IMG/VR virus record: IMGVR_UViG_3300032046_003126
Span: 23,182 to 87,181 of that record
Direction: 5' to 3' (one strand)
Origin: a virus
Length of the DNA stretch: 64,000 bases
Both the position numbers and the translations under genes were made by a program. The stretch's first letter is position 1. Every line of letters begins with the position of its first letter. A model generated the notes under the pieces. That model saw only the letters and a program-made list of their open reading frames with translations. It was not told where the DNA came from and made no database searches. Below, one piece after another: positions 20,661-30,228 of the stretch.

Positions 20661-22475
20661 ATGGCAATTTCACTACCCTCAAAAAAAATATTAATAGCAG
20701 ACGTACCAGAAGTAGAAAATTTTAACTCTGAGTTTTCGTATAATTTTTTTATTGAGGACGAACAAACAAACGACACTGGAAAATCCCCTTTTTCATTTAT
20801 TGAAAACATAAATGATAATACTAGTGATTCTAAATTTATTAATAGTAAAAATTTTCAAAACAAAATACCAAGGGCAATTAAATTTACCTGGAAACCCATT
20901 GTGTTAAACACTGATTCTAATGTTGTGACAAAATATTATAACGATATTAAAGTAGCAAATAAAGTATCAATAAAAAATAATTTATCAAAAATAAAATATG
21001 AAAATGAATTTATTCAAAAAAGCTTCACTTCTATAGAAACACAAGATATTGAAAAAGATAAGAAATTAAATTTCTTTATTGAAAGAGCTTTAAGCGAATT
21101 TAAAATTAGAAACAATGGTTCTTTGTTGGATGTTTCAAAAGAGTTAAATGAAAAATTATCCACCGATGTATCAAGTGATTATATATCTAATATTTTAAAT
21201 AATTTAAGTAATAATGGAATAAATTTTACAAATACTAATAAAAAAGAAATAGTCTCCAAAACCATTATAGATAAAATAAAAAATATTAAATTAAACAATG
21301 TGATAAATAATAAAGTTTTAACTCATTTAATAAATTCTTCAATTGAAAATATAACAAATGTTTATCAAACTGACACTTCACAATTTATTGAAAGAATCAA
21401 CCAGATACAAAATCATGCCATCAAAACGGATTATTCTTCTCTAATCTCGGAAGGAGAATATGATTTATTTATTGATGATTATTTGGTTGTAAAAAAAGTA
21501 GATAATAATTTTGATTCTATTATGATTCCAATTGGATATGTAATTGAAAAATATGAAATATTAAAAGATAATTCCAAAATAAAAAAAGAATCTATAATAA
21601 TAGAAAATCCAGCTACTTCTGTAGCTTATGATACTCAAATAAAATATGGATCAAAATATTCATATAATATAAAAACAATTTGTTATATCGAAACATCTGC
21701 AATAGAACAAGAAACCGGGGAAATAATATCTTTATCGTTTTTGTTATCTTCAAAAAATTCAGAAGAAAAAAGTGTTATTTGTACTGAAATGGTGGCTCCT
21801 CCTAGTCCTGCTGATTTTGTATGTCATTGGGATTATGTAAAACAAAACTTAACAATAATGTGGAGTTTTCCACCAAATCAACAAAGAGATATAAAATATT
21901 TTCAAGTATTTCGCAGACGAACAATAACTGAACCATTTGAACTTATCAAAATGTATGATTTTGATAATAGTGAAATTTTATCAACTAAATTTGAAACTCC
22001 TGAAAAATACTTAGTAGAAAAACTTACTAATCCAAAAACATATTATACAGATTTAGATTTTAAAAAAGAATCCAAATTTATATATTCTATTTGTTCTTTA
22101 GATGCCCACGGCTTGACTTCGAATTATTCAATTCAATATGAAATTTCTTTTGATAAATTCAAAAATAAAATAAACAAAAAACTAGTCTCATTATCAGGAG
22201 CACCAAAATCATATCCTAATATGTATCTAAATCAAGATACTTTTGTTGATGTTATTAAAGATTCAAATCACAAAAGATTAAAAATATATTTTAACCCAGA
22301 ATACTTAGAGGTAATTGATAACAATTATAATGATTTAAAATTACTAAGAACAAAAACAGATGCTTTATATAAATTACAAATTATCAATATAGATTTACAA
22401 CAAGAACAAGATGTTATTATAAAATTAGAAGACAGAAGAACGACAAGGGAAACTGATATACTTAAAATAATATGA
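20661..22475 (+). CDS. Structural protein with FN3-like domains
   Basis: YDTQIKYGSKYSYNIK; PPSPADF..HWDY...MWSFPPNQQRDIKYFQVFRR; YSICSLDAHGLTSNYS. Confidence 0.5.
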   Translation: MAISLPSKKILIADVPEVENFNSEFSYNFFIEDEQTNDTGKSPFSFIENINDNTSDSKFINSKNFQNKIPRAIKFTWKPIVLNTDSNVVTKYYNDIKVANKVSIKNNLSKIKYENEFIQKSFTSIETQDIEKDKKLNFFIERALSEFKIRNNGSLLDVSKELNEKLSTDVSSDYISNILNNLSNNGINFTNTNKKEIVSKTIIDKIKNIKLNNVINNKVLTHLINSSIENITNVYQTDTSQFIERINQIQNHAIKTDYSSLISEGEYDLFIDDYLVVKKVDNNFDSIMIPIGYVIEKYEILKDNSKIKKESIIIENPATSVAYDTQIKYGSKYSYNIKTICYIETSAIEQETGEIISLSFLLSSKNSEEKSVICTEMVAPPSPADFVCHWDYVKQNLTIMWSFPPNQQRDIKYFQVFRRRTITEPFELIKMYDFDNSEILSTKFETPEKYLVEKLTNPKTYYTDLDFKKESKFIYSICSLDAHGLTSNYSIQYEISFDKFKNKINKKLVSLSGAPKSYPNMYLNQDTFVDVIKDSNHKRLKIYFNPEYLEVIDNNYNDLKLLRTKTDALYKLQIINIDLQQEQDVIIKLEDRRTTRETDILKII

Positions 22476-23266
22476 CTATATTAAAAATAAAAAAAGGTAA
22501 CAATGGTGGAAAAATTTTTTTATTAACTTGTAATAATTGTTTAAAACATTTTGAAAGAAAATATAAAAAAACAATTAACAAACAATATCATTATTGCAAT
22601 GTTTCTTGTTCAATTAAAGCCAGGCATCAAATTTTTAAACAAAACAATATTAGTTTAATTGAAAAAGCTCATAAAACATATTTAGAAATGTGTATCTCTG
22701 ATCCTACTTTAAGGAAAAAAGTAACAAAAAAAGCTTTGAAAACTGTAAATGAAAAATATAAAGTATCAAATGTTTCTTTGCTTGATGACGTAAAGAATAA
22801 AAAAATATCTTCTTATAGAAAAAACTTTGGCGTTGATCATCCGATGTATTTGGATATAATAAAATCTAAAGTATATGATACTATGAAAAAAAACGGAACT
22901 TATAAAAAAATATCAAAACCAGAAATGTTGTTTAAATTATACATTGAAGAAAATTATGGACAACATAATATTGAATGTCAAAAACGTATAAACAATTGGA
23001 ACATAGATTTTTATATTAATACTCTAAATACATACATTCAAATAGACGGTATTTATTGGCACGGCATTGGAAAATCAGACGAAGAAATTACAAACAATTT
23101 TAATAAAAGAAATAAATCTATACTAAATACAAAAAATATTGATAAAAAACAAAATTTTTGGTTTGAAAAAAATAATTTGAGATTAATTAGAATAACAGAT
23201 GTTGGGTTATTACAAAATATCAAGCAAGGGTGTTTTAACAAGATATCTAAAACTCTAGAAACGTGA
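22472..23266 (+). CDS. Free-standing Vsr/DUF559-like (PD-(D/E)xK) homing endonuclease
   Basis: N-terminal CNNC..YCNVSC zinc module, KYKV/NFGVDHP repeats, SKPE...IDFYI...IQIDGIYWHG...LIRI nuclease core. Confidence 0.75.
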   Translation: MTILKIKKGNNGGKIFLLTCNNCLKHFERKYKKTINKQYHYCNVSCSIKARHQIFKQNNISLIEKAHKTYLEMCISDPTLRKKVTKKALKTVNEKYKVSNVSLLDDVKNKKISSYRKNFGVDHPMYLDIIKSKVYDTMKKNGTYKKISKPEMLFKLYIEENYGQHNIECQKRINNWNIDFYINTLNTYIQIDGIYWHGIGKSDEEITNNFNKRNKSILNTKNIDKKQNFWFEKNNLRLIRITDVGLLQNIKQGCFNKISKTLET

Positions 23267-23290
23267 AAAATAGGCTGAAAAAGGTGAAAA

Positions 23291-24004
23291 ATGGGATTCC
23301 TACAGAATGATTCAAATAATATTATACTCGACGCAGTGTTAACAAGCACTGGCAGAGAATTTTTATCTAGAAATGATGGAAGTTTTAGTATTATAAAATT
23401 TGCAGTATCCGATGATGAAATTGATTATGGTATTATAAAAAAATTCGGTAGAACGGTTGGGCAAGAAAAAATTGAAAAGAATACACCAATTTTTGAAGCT
23501 CTAACTAATGGAAATTTGGCTCAAAAATACAGATGTTTGTCTGTATCTAATCCTAATTTAATTAGATTACCAAGTATGTCTTTGGTTGGTGAAGGTGTTG
23601 ATAGTAATAACAATATTGTAGCTATAGGAAACACGACAATTAAAAGGCGCACCCTCAACGTATCACAAACCATACAAGACGAACAAACCATAGATGTAGA
23701 ACTTAGAGATCAGGCTTTTGTTGTAGAGATGTCAAATCTATTTTTACAGGTGCTAGGATCGGCACCAGACAACATTGATGCTCAACAGAGAGCAACATAT
23801 ATCCTAATAAGAGATGCCTCGGAAACGTCTCTGGGTGGCTCTAAAGTAACCTTTACAATTTCTACAAAAGCAATCAGTTTAAAAGAATTTCAAATATATG
23901 GCACAACTTACAATAAAAGTCTTATTAGTACATTTGTAAAAATATATGGAATTCAATCTGGTACAGTTACAGAATTTGAAGTACAAATAAATAAAGATTC
24001 GTGA
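23291..24004 (+). CDS. Conserved tail-collar-like structural protein
   Basis: MGFLQNDSNNIILDAVLTSTGREFLSRNDGSFSIIKFAVSDDEIDY...PIFEA. Confidence 0.6.
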   Translation: MGFLQNDSNNIILDAVLTSTGREFLSRNDGSFSIIKFAVSDDEIDYGIIKKFGRTVGQEKIEKNTPIFEALTNGNLAQKYRCLSVSNPNLIRLPSMSLVGEGVDSNNNIVAIGNTTIKRRTLNVSQTIQDEQTIDVELRDQAFVVEMSNLFLQVLGSAPDNIDAQQRATYILIRDASETSLGGSKVTFTISTKAISLKEFQIYGTTYNKSLISTFVKIYGIQSGTVTEFEVQINKDS

Positions 24005-24050
24005 TAATTACAAAAACATAAAAATACAAAAGGCATAACGGTATAAGAAC

Positions 24051-25247
24051 ATGGCAATATTTAAAGAGTTTTCTGGAGAAGATATTAAAAGCAATAGGTC
24101 GTTTTTAAATCAGTTAGTCGATATAGTGAATGACGATATTTCTGGTTCCAACACAAGAAAACAATATCAGGTGTATGTAACCGGAGGGGTCGGTCCTGGT
24201 GTTACATCTTCTTTGTTCCAAACTACATTCGATCAGGACTTTACACTACAAACAGCAAATCCAGTGTTTGATATGACATTTGGATTCTTTAGTGCTTCAA
24301 ATATTGTCACTAACTTAAATCCAACAATTGATTTAAATGGTAAATATATTTTTCCTTCTCAGTCGTTAATGATGAGAGAAAAAATGGATATTTATAGATT
24401 GTTTGCACAAAATTTACTTGGTAGTGCCGATAAATCATTTGAATATACTTCAACTACAAACAAAATAGACAATGCTTTATTTATTTCTTTCAAGAGATTA
24501 TTTGCCAGAGATCAAATAAAAAGAGAAACCTTTGCTATAAAATTATCACCATCTGCCGCTTATGCAAAATATAATCTTGAAGTTAATTCTACAGGTCCAC
24601 CTAAAATTTTATCTGATATAGGTTCGACTGCAAATATTGGATATTCTTTTGGCGGCCAGGTTTCGTCAATTGTTGATTCCTCAAATACCTCAAACGAATT
24701 AGGGCTTTTATATATTGATAAAGGAATCGCAGTTCTAGATATAGATAAAGTTTTTGATCAAGTTACAAAAATCTCTGGTACGATTAAAGCTATGTCTCCA
24801 AGTGGATATAATTTTGTAAGTGCATCATTTAATGAGTTTCTCACGTCAGCATCAATAGATCAAGCCCTTGATCATATTTGTAGTACAAGATTTACAGGTT
24901 CTTCTGCAACATCAATCACATTCCAAAATACAACAAATATTAATTCTACATTGTTTTTCTGTAGATTAGGAGCAGATGAGTTCAATTATTCTTCTAATCC
25001 AACATTTACAGATGAAAATAACAGAATTGTTGTTATTGATCAAGGACAAGAAACAACACAAAGAACATTTACATTCGTATCAACAATTGGTTTATATGAT
25101 GCGAACGATAATTTGCTTGGTGTTGGTAAGTTGTCTAGGCCAGTGCTAAAAGACGACGAGCGCGATTTAACTCTAAAAGTTCGAATCGATTATATCTCAC
25201 ATAGTACTACATCAATAAATAATAAAAAGAAAATTAAAATATCTTAG
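24051..25247 (+). CDS. Conserved structural protein with tail-collar-like C-terminus
   Basis: EFNYSSNPTF...STIGLYDANDNLLGVGKLSRPVLKD...KVRIDY. Confidence 0.6.
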   Translation: MAIFKEFSGEDIKSNRSFLNQLVDIVNDDISGSNTRKQYQVYVTGGVGPGVTSSLFQTTFDQDFTLQTANPVFDMTFGFFSASNIVTNLNPTIDLNGKYIFPSQSLMMREKMDIYRLFAQNLLGSADKSFEYTSTTNKIDNALFISFKRLFARDQIKRETFAIKLSPSAAYAKYNLEVNSTGPPKILSDIGSTANIGYSFGGQVSSIVDSSNTSNELGLLYIDKGIAVLDIDKVFDQVTKISGTIKAMSPSGYNFVSASFNEFLTSASIDQALDHICSTRFTGSSATSITFQNTTNINSTLFFCRLGADEFNYSSNPTFTDENNRIVVIDQGQETTQRTFTFVSTIGLYDANDNLLGVGKLSRPVLKDDERDLTLKVRIDYISHSTTSINNKKKIKIS

Positions 25248-25269
25248 TTTAAACATTAAATCTTTATTG

Positions 25270-25299
25270 TTATCCTTGTAGTTAATTCTATAAGGATAA
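25270..25299 (+). promoter_or_regulatory. 12-bp hairpin sequestering an AAGGA Shine-Dalgarno
   Basis: TTATCCTTGTAG-ttaatt-CTATAAGGATAA (one G-U pair); next ATG at 25308. Confidence 0.5.
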
Positions 25300-25401
25300 T
25301 TTGTTTTATGAAAGAAAATAATATAAAATTTGAGATATGGAAAAAGGATGAGGTTCAAAATTATTATAAACAATTCTATAATAGTAATATAGGTTTAAAA
25401 A

Positions 25402-25740
25402 ATGAATAATTATCCAATAAAAATAGGTGGAAAAAAATATAAATTATCTTTAACCGATCACAAAACTGATGAAATTTTTAAAGACAATGAAGAAGCTAAT
25501 GGGTATATAAAATACGATTTAAGCGAAATAAACATTCGTTCATCTAATTCTAGTGATGTAATTAAAGAATCTATTATACACGAGTTGTTGCACGCTCTTT
25601 TAGATGATTCTGGTGTTGATGATTTAAACACAGAAAAACTAGTTAAAATACTAACACCTAGACTTAATGCTTTATTAGAAGATAATCCTGAATTTATTAT
25701 GAAGTTTATTAAAAATGATTTTACATTTGATCATATTTAA
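25402..25740 (+). CDS. Small zincin-like metallopeptidase (HExxH)
   Basis: GYIKYDLSEINI...ESIIHELLHALL...EKLV. Confidence 0.7.
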   Translation: MNNYPIKIGGKKYKLSLTDHKTDEIFKDNEEANGYIKYDLSEINIRSSNSSDVIKESIIHELLHALLDDSGVDDLNTEKLVKILTPRLNALLEDNPEFIMKFIKNDFTFDHI

Positions 25741-25769
25741 CATAAAATGTTAGTAGAGTATTATTGTAA

Positions 25770-28097
25770 ATGTCATTATTCAAAATAAACGAAGACGATA
25801 GAGATTTCTTTACATTAGAGACGCATCCCAAAAGGAGTTATTTAAGTTCCTCTTCAGGAATTACTGGTTCTGTTTATATCTATGCCCGTCACTCTGCACT
25901 AGAGAAAGAAGCTCAACCTCTTTCTATGTTTAGTTCATCATTATTTAATGATGTGAATTTAAATGAATTATTAAATAATTGTAAATTATATTCTGTTGTT
26001 TCTGGAAATAACTACGGACAAGTCTCAGGGTATTTATCTAAAGTATTTGAACAACAACCATCGGCCCGAAAACAACAAAAATTAGATATAATAAGATTCA
26101 CTCCTCCATTTGTGTATAATACAAATACAGGTAGAAAATTAGCTACAATAAATTCTTTGATGCCTTTTTATCGTTCGCAAAATTCAAATTATAATTACAA
26201 TGTGTCAAATTATTTTTGTTTGAATTTTTTTACTTCAAGTGATAATCATAATGATGCAGTTTTATTGTATCCAAATCAACCAACGACCCAATATCCTTAT
26301 GGACAATATTGCCCAAATAATGGATGGTCTTTTGATTTTAGAATAAATCCAAAATATACTACCGATACAGTAAATTCGGATTTTAAAACAGGCACAATCT
26401 TTCATTTATCTGGGGTATATGCAGTTTCTCTTTTAACTGGTTCTTCAAGAGATTTAAACGGATATCCAGATGCATTTAGAATAATGCTTCAGGTTTCTTC
26501 TAGTGCAAACATTAAACCAAGTGAAGCAACACCTGACGAATTCACATTTTTATCAGATGACAATTCTATTAAAAGAAATGAATGGAGCCAAGTAACAATA
26601 AGACATGGTGGAAATTCCCCAGTTTATGATTTCGGAACAGGGTCTTTTGTTATAAACGATATCGAAAAAGGAATTTTTGTTTTAACTACAAGTTTAGCTA
26701 CAGGCTCTTTTGGTGCGACTTCAGGACCACAAGTATTGGCTGTGGGGAATTATTATGAAGGAGACAATACCGGAACTTCTCAAATGGTTTATTTTTTCGC
26801 AAACAATACCACAATAAGAGAAGGATTATTTGAGTTGAATTCGGCTATAGTTGACAATCCTGCGGAATTTTTATTTGATCATCCTTTAAATGCTGAGGTT
26901 CATGAACTTAAAATATTTAACAAATATCTTACAGATTATGATCTATCTCTTTTAAGAAACGAATCTCCATCTTCTATAAAAGATTTATTATTTTACTTAC
27001 CTCCATATTTTACTTATGAATCTCCATCCAGATCTTTTCATTTGGGCGCAGGCGGAATACCAGTTACACCATTCCAAACAAAAGATGGATCAACTAACGA
27101 CTTGTTTAATGTAACAATGTCTTTTAGTATAGGTGGACAATTCATTAATTTAGAAAATTACACAAAAGACTTTGCAACAAATAATTTTCCAAAATTATTA
27201 AATCTAACGTCATCTATAATAAATGAAACAACTGATGTTTTATCTGCTAATGAGTTTATATTTGCGACAGCTTCAAATCGTTATAGACAATACATTGTCA
27301 TGCCATGTGATGATGGAAATTTTTATCCAAATTACATTTTTCTTTCAACCGGGTCATTAGATAAATTTAAAAATGATCTAGGAAATACTAGTGTAAATAA
27401 AGTGACATTGAGAAATTTGGTTGGTGGTTTTGATAAAGCATCTGCGTTAACAAGATTATCTGGGTCATTAACAGATGAATTTATTGGTCCATCTCCAGAT
27501 AATGTGTCTGGTTCTTATACAGATTCTTTGGCAATTTATCATAGAACAAGAGATAATAGTTCAAATCAATGTGTTATTTTTGACATATCCAATATATTTT
27601 ATGGACAAAATATAACCCCAGGAAGTGTTGTGTTAACAGATACAAGCTTGTCAGGTTCGGGAAATAAAATCTCAACAACCCTAAAAGACGATGGAATGGG
27701 TGGTTTATATAGAGCAGATTGTTTCTCTAAACAAGCTACTTGGTCTAATATAGGAAATGTATTTTATAATGAAGGTATAATTTTAATAAAATCCCCCCAG
27801 CTTTTCTTTTTCGGGGAACAGGCTTTTGAGTTAGAATTCAAGGGCGAACAAAACATATATGTTATGAAGCTAAATTTAACTGTATTTCCAAAAACGGCCA
27901 CATCTTCTTCAAATCCATCTTATATTTCAACTCCTGCATCTTCTTTAGCGAATGATACCGATAAAGACTTTGTTTGGTTAACCACTTTATATATTCATGA
28001 TGAAAATATGAACGTTATTGCAAAAACAAACTTAGCACAACCTGTAATGAAACGAGACGGAGATAAAATTAAATTTAATTGGAAAATGGATTTTTAA
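25770..28097 (+). CDS. Structural protein with LamG-like region and tail-collar-like C-terminus
   Basis: AEVHELKIF; IGNVFYNEGII; SSSNPSY...TTLYIHDENMNVIAKTNLAQPVMKR...KMDF is paralogous to the 24051 C-terminus. Confidence 0.6.
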   Translation: MSLFKINEDDRDFFTLETHPKRSYLSSSSGITGSVYIYARHSALEKEAQPLSMFSSSLFNDVNLNELLNNCKLYSVVSGNNYGQVSGYLSKVFEQQPSARKQQKLDIIRFTPPFVYNTNTGRKLATINSLMPFYRSQNSNYNYNVSNYFCLNFFTSSDNHNDAVLLYPNQPTTQYPYGQYCPNNGWSFDFRINPKYTTDTVNSDFKTGTIFHLSGVYAVSLLTGSSRDLNGYPDAFRIMLQVSSSANIKPSEATPDEFTFLSDDNSIKRNEWSQVTIRHGGNSPVYDFGTGSFVINDIEKGIFVLTTSLATGSFGATSGPQVLAVGNYYEGDNTGTSQMVYFFANNTTIREGLFELNSAIVDNPAEFLFDHPLNAEVHELKIFNKYLTDYDLSLLRNESPSSIKDLLFYLPPYFTYESPSRSFHLGAGGIPVTPFQTKDGSTNDLFNVTMSFSIGGQFINLENYTKDFATNNFPKLLNLTSSIINETTDVLSANEFIFATASNRYRQYIVMPCDDGNFYPNYIFLSTGSLDKFKNDLGNTSVNKVTLRNLVGGFDKASALTRLSGSLTDEFIGPSPDNVSGSYTDSLAIYHRTRDNSSNQCVIFDISNIFYGQNITPGSVVLTDTSLSGSGNKISTTLKDDGMGGLYRADCFSKQATWSNIGNVFYNEGIILIKSPQLFFFGEQAFELEFKGEQNIYVMKLNLTVFPKTATSSSNPSYISTPASSLANDTDKDFVWLTTLYIHDENMNVIAKTNLAQPVMKRDGDKIKFNWKMDF

Positions 28098-28157
28098 TAA
28101 TTTTATACAATTAAAATGTTCTTATTCTATTTATCTTATGGTCATCTTCCACAAAAA

Positions 28158-28682
28158 ATGAATAAAATAAAAAAATTTACAAAACCCAGAGTAAGAAAAA
28201 AATCAAGATATAAAACTGGGATTCATGTTAGTGCGAAAAGCAATTTGCCAATCAAGTATCGTTCTGGTTGGGAAATGTTTGTTTGTTTATATTTTGATCA
28301 AGAACCCAGTATAATAAAATATTATTACGAACAAATAAAAATACCTTATGTGGCTAATATCAAAACCGGGAAAGTAAGAACGTATTATCCAGATTTTTTA
28401 GTTATTTATTCTGATGGCACTAAAAAGTTAATAGAGGTTAAAAGGCAAAATCTACTTGATAATATAAAAGTTCAAAAGAAAGCCGAAGCTGCTAAAACAT
28501 GGTGCGAAAAAAATCAAATAATTTACGAGTTTCTAACGGACGCAAAAGTAAAGGAAATTCAAAAAATGTTCAAACACCTGATGCCAGTTGCGAAAAAGAA
28601 AAAGAAAAAAACAACAACAGCAAAGAAAACATTGTTGGCTCCAACAACAACAACGACGGCGGCAGACCTAAAAAAGAAGTAG
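28158..28682 (+). CDS. Head-completion nuclease, T4 gp4/TnsA-like PD-(D/E)xK
   Basis: YRSGWE...YYYEQIKIPY...RTYYPDFLV...LIEVK...KAEAAKTWC; start uncertain (28116 or 28158). Confidence 0.8.
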   Translation: MNKIKKFTKPRVRKKSRYKTGIHVSAKSNLPIKYRSGWEMFVCLYFDQEPSIIKYYYEQIKIPYVANIKTGKVRTYYPDFLVIYSDGTKKLIEVKRQNLLDNIKVQKKAEAAKTWCEKNQIIYEFLTDAKVKEIQKMFKHLMPVAKKKKKKTTTAKKTLLAPTTTTTAADLKKK

Positions 28683-29227
28683 ATGTTGGTTTAGATATTT
28701 CTTCTAGTTGTATTGGAGTTTGCATTCTTGAACACAAGAAAGACGTTTTAGTAGAAATCTTCAAAATAAAACTAACAAGTACAAAGTTTGAAGATTTAAT
28801 CGATAAAGCAGTTGAAGTAAAAAAGCATTTTTCCAGGCTCTCTAAATACTCTATAAAAAACGTTTACGTAGAAGACATAGCCTTGAAGTTTACTAGCGGT
28901 AAAAGCTCTGCACACACCATTGTAACGCTGGCAAAAATGAATGCGCTGACTTGTTACGAAATGTACTCTCAGTATAATATAAAACCAGAATTTGTTAATG
29001 TCAGAACTTGTAGAAAAAAATTAGGCATTAGTATAAACACAAAAGATAAAACTAAATCAACAAAAGAAAAAGTTTTTGATATAGTTCGTGTTATGAAAAA
29101 AGATTTTCCTTGGGAAACACACTTAGCTAAAACAGGGAAGTATAAAGATCAACTTGTATATGATAAGACAAATCAGGATATGGCTGATGCTTACATTGTT
29201 TGCGCTAGTGGCCAACTTATTAAATGA
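28499..29227 (+). CDS. ruvC: RuvC-like Holliday junction resolvase (true start unclear)
   Basis: VGLDISSSCIG, VYVEDI, DMADAY acidic catalytic motifs; the first ~60 codons overlap gp4 and are low-complexity. Confidence 0.75.
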   Translation: MVRKKSNNLRVSNGRKSKGNSKNVQTPDASCEKEKEKNNNSKENIVGSNNNNDGGRPKKEVDVGLDISSSCIGVCILEHKKDVLVEIFKIKLTSTKFEDLIDKAVEVKKHFSRLSKYSIKNVYVEDIALKFTSGKSSAHTIVTLAKMNALTCYEMYSQYNIKPEFVNVRTCRKKLGISINTKDKTKSTKEKVFDIVRVMKKDFPWETHLAKTGKYKDQLVYDKTNQDMADAYIVCASGQLIK

Positions 29228-30228
29228 TTTTTACTCAAGGACAATTTATTGATTTTATAGAAACCGTATTTGGTAAAGGTATTTTATCAAATGGAGGGAA
29301 AAATATATCTGTTGTTTGTCCGGTTTGTACCAGAGAAAAAGGAACACAGTATAATAAAAAAAAGTTAGTCATTAGAACAGACAATGGAATTAATCATTGT
29401 TGGGTTTGTTCTTATAAATCTAAAAATCTATTAGCATTAATAAAAATAACTAATCCTGAATTTCTTGAAGAATACAAAACAACATTTAACAATATCACCA
29501 CAAACAGTAGATGTTTTATTTTAGATATAGATGATGTTGAAAGAACAACAACTTCAACGGATTTTGAAGACATTCTTTTTTTGCCTAAAAAAACAATGCT
29601 TTTAGCAGACAATTATAAAACATATCATGGAAATAAATATTTTAACTACCTTAGAAAAAGGGGAATTACAGAGATAGAAGACTTATGGTATTGGAAGTTT
29701 TTATATACGGTATTTGACGAAGACTATAAAGATAGAATAATAATACCTTCTTTTGATTCGACGGGCACATTGAATTATTTTACAGCAAGAAGTTTGTTTG
29801 ATGGGGCTTATGTTAAAAGATATAAAAATCCTATAAAATCAAGAGAATCAATTATATTCAATGATATAAATATAGATTGGCAAAATCCACTTACTCTAGT
29901 TGAAGGTCCGTTTGATTTAGTTAAATGCAATCAAAATGCAACATGTCTATTGGGTTCAGTTATTAATATAAAATATGAATTATTTCAAAATATTATAATA
30001 AATAATACTCCAATAATACTTGGGTTGGATGAAGACGCAACAAACAAGGCTATAAAAATAGCAGAAAATTTATTACGGTACGATATTGATGTCAGTATGA
30101 TTACGCCTCCAACAAATAAAGATGTTGGAGATTTATCCAAAGAAGAGTTTAATGATTTATATCAACAAACTCATGTTTTAACAAAAAAAGATTTACTTCT
30201 TTACAAAATAAGGAATATTCAATTATAA
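29224..30228 (+). CDS. DNA primase (zinc finger plus TOPRIM)
   Basis: CPVC...HCWVC; YLRKRGI; RIIIPSFD...YFTARS; RYKNP; LVEGPFD; LGLDEDA; KDVGD. Confidence 0.9.
   Translation: MIFTQGQFIDFIETVFGKGILSNGGKNISVVCPVCTREKGTQYNKKKLVIRTDNGINHCWVCSYKSKNLLALIKITNPEFLEEYKTTFNNITTNSRCFILDIDDVERTTTSTDFEDILFLPKKTMLLADNYKTYHGNKYFNYLRKRGITEIEDLWYWKFLYTVFDEDYKDRIIIPSFDSTGTLNYFTARSLFDGAYVKRYKNPIKSRESIIFNDINIDWQNPLTLVEGPFDLVKCNQNATCLLGSVINIKYELFQNIIINNTPIILGLDEDATNKAIKIAENLLRYDIDVSMITPPTNKDVGDLSKEEFNDLYQQTHVLTKKDLLLYKIRNIQL

Noticed and set aside
1-28097. Bacterial contractile injection system (eCIS/T6SS) instead of a phage tail
   Set aside because: Contiguous with terminase, head-completion nuclease, primase and recombination genes, which indicates a DNA-packaging phage
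28158-28682. Tn7-like transposon (TnsA)
   Set aside because: No TnsB/TnsC or terminal repeats; the context fits a phage gp4-like head-completion nuclease
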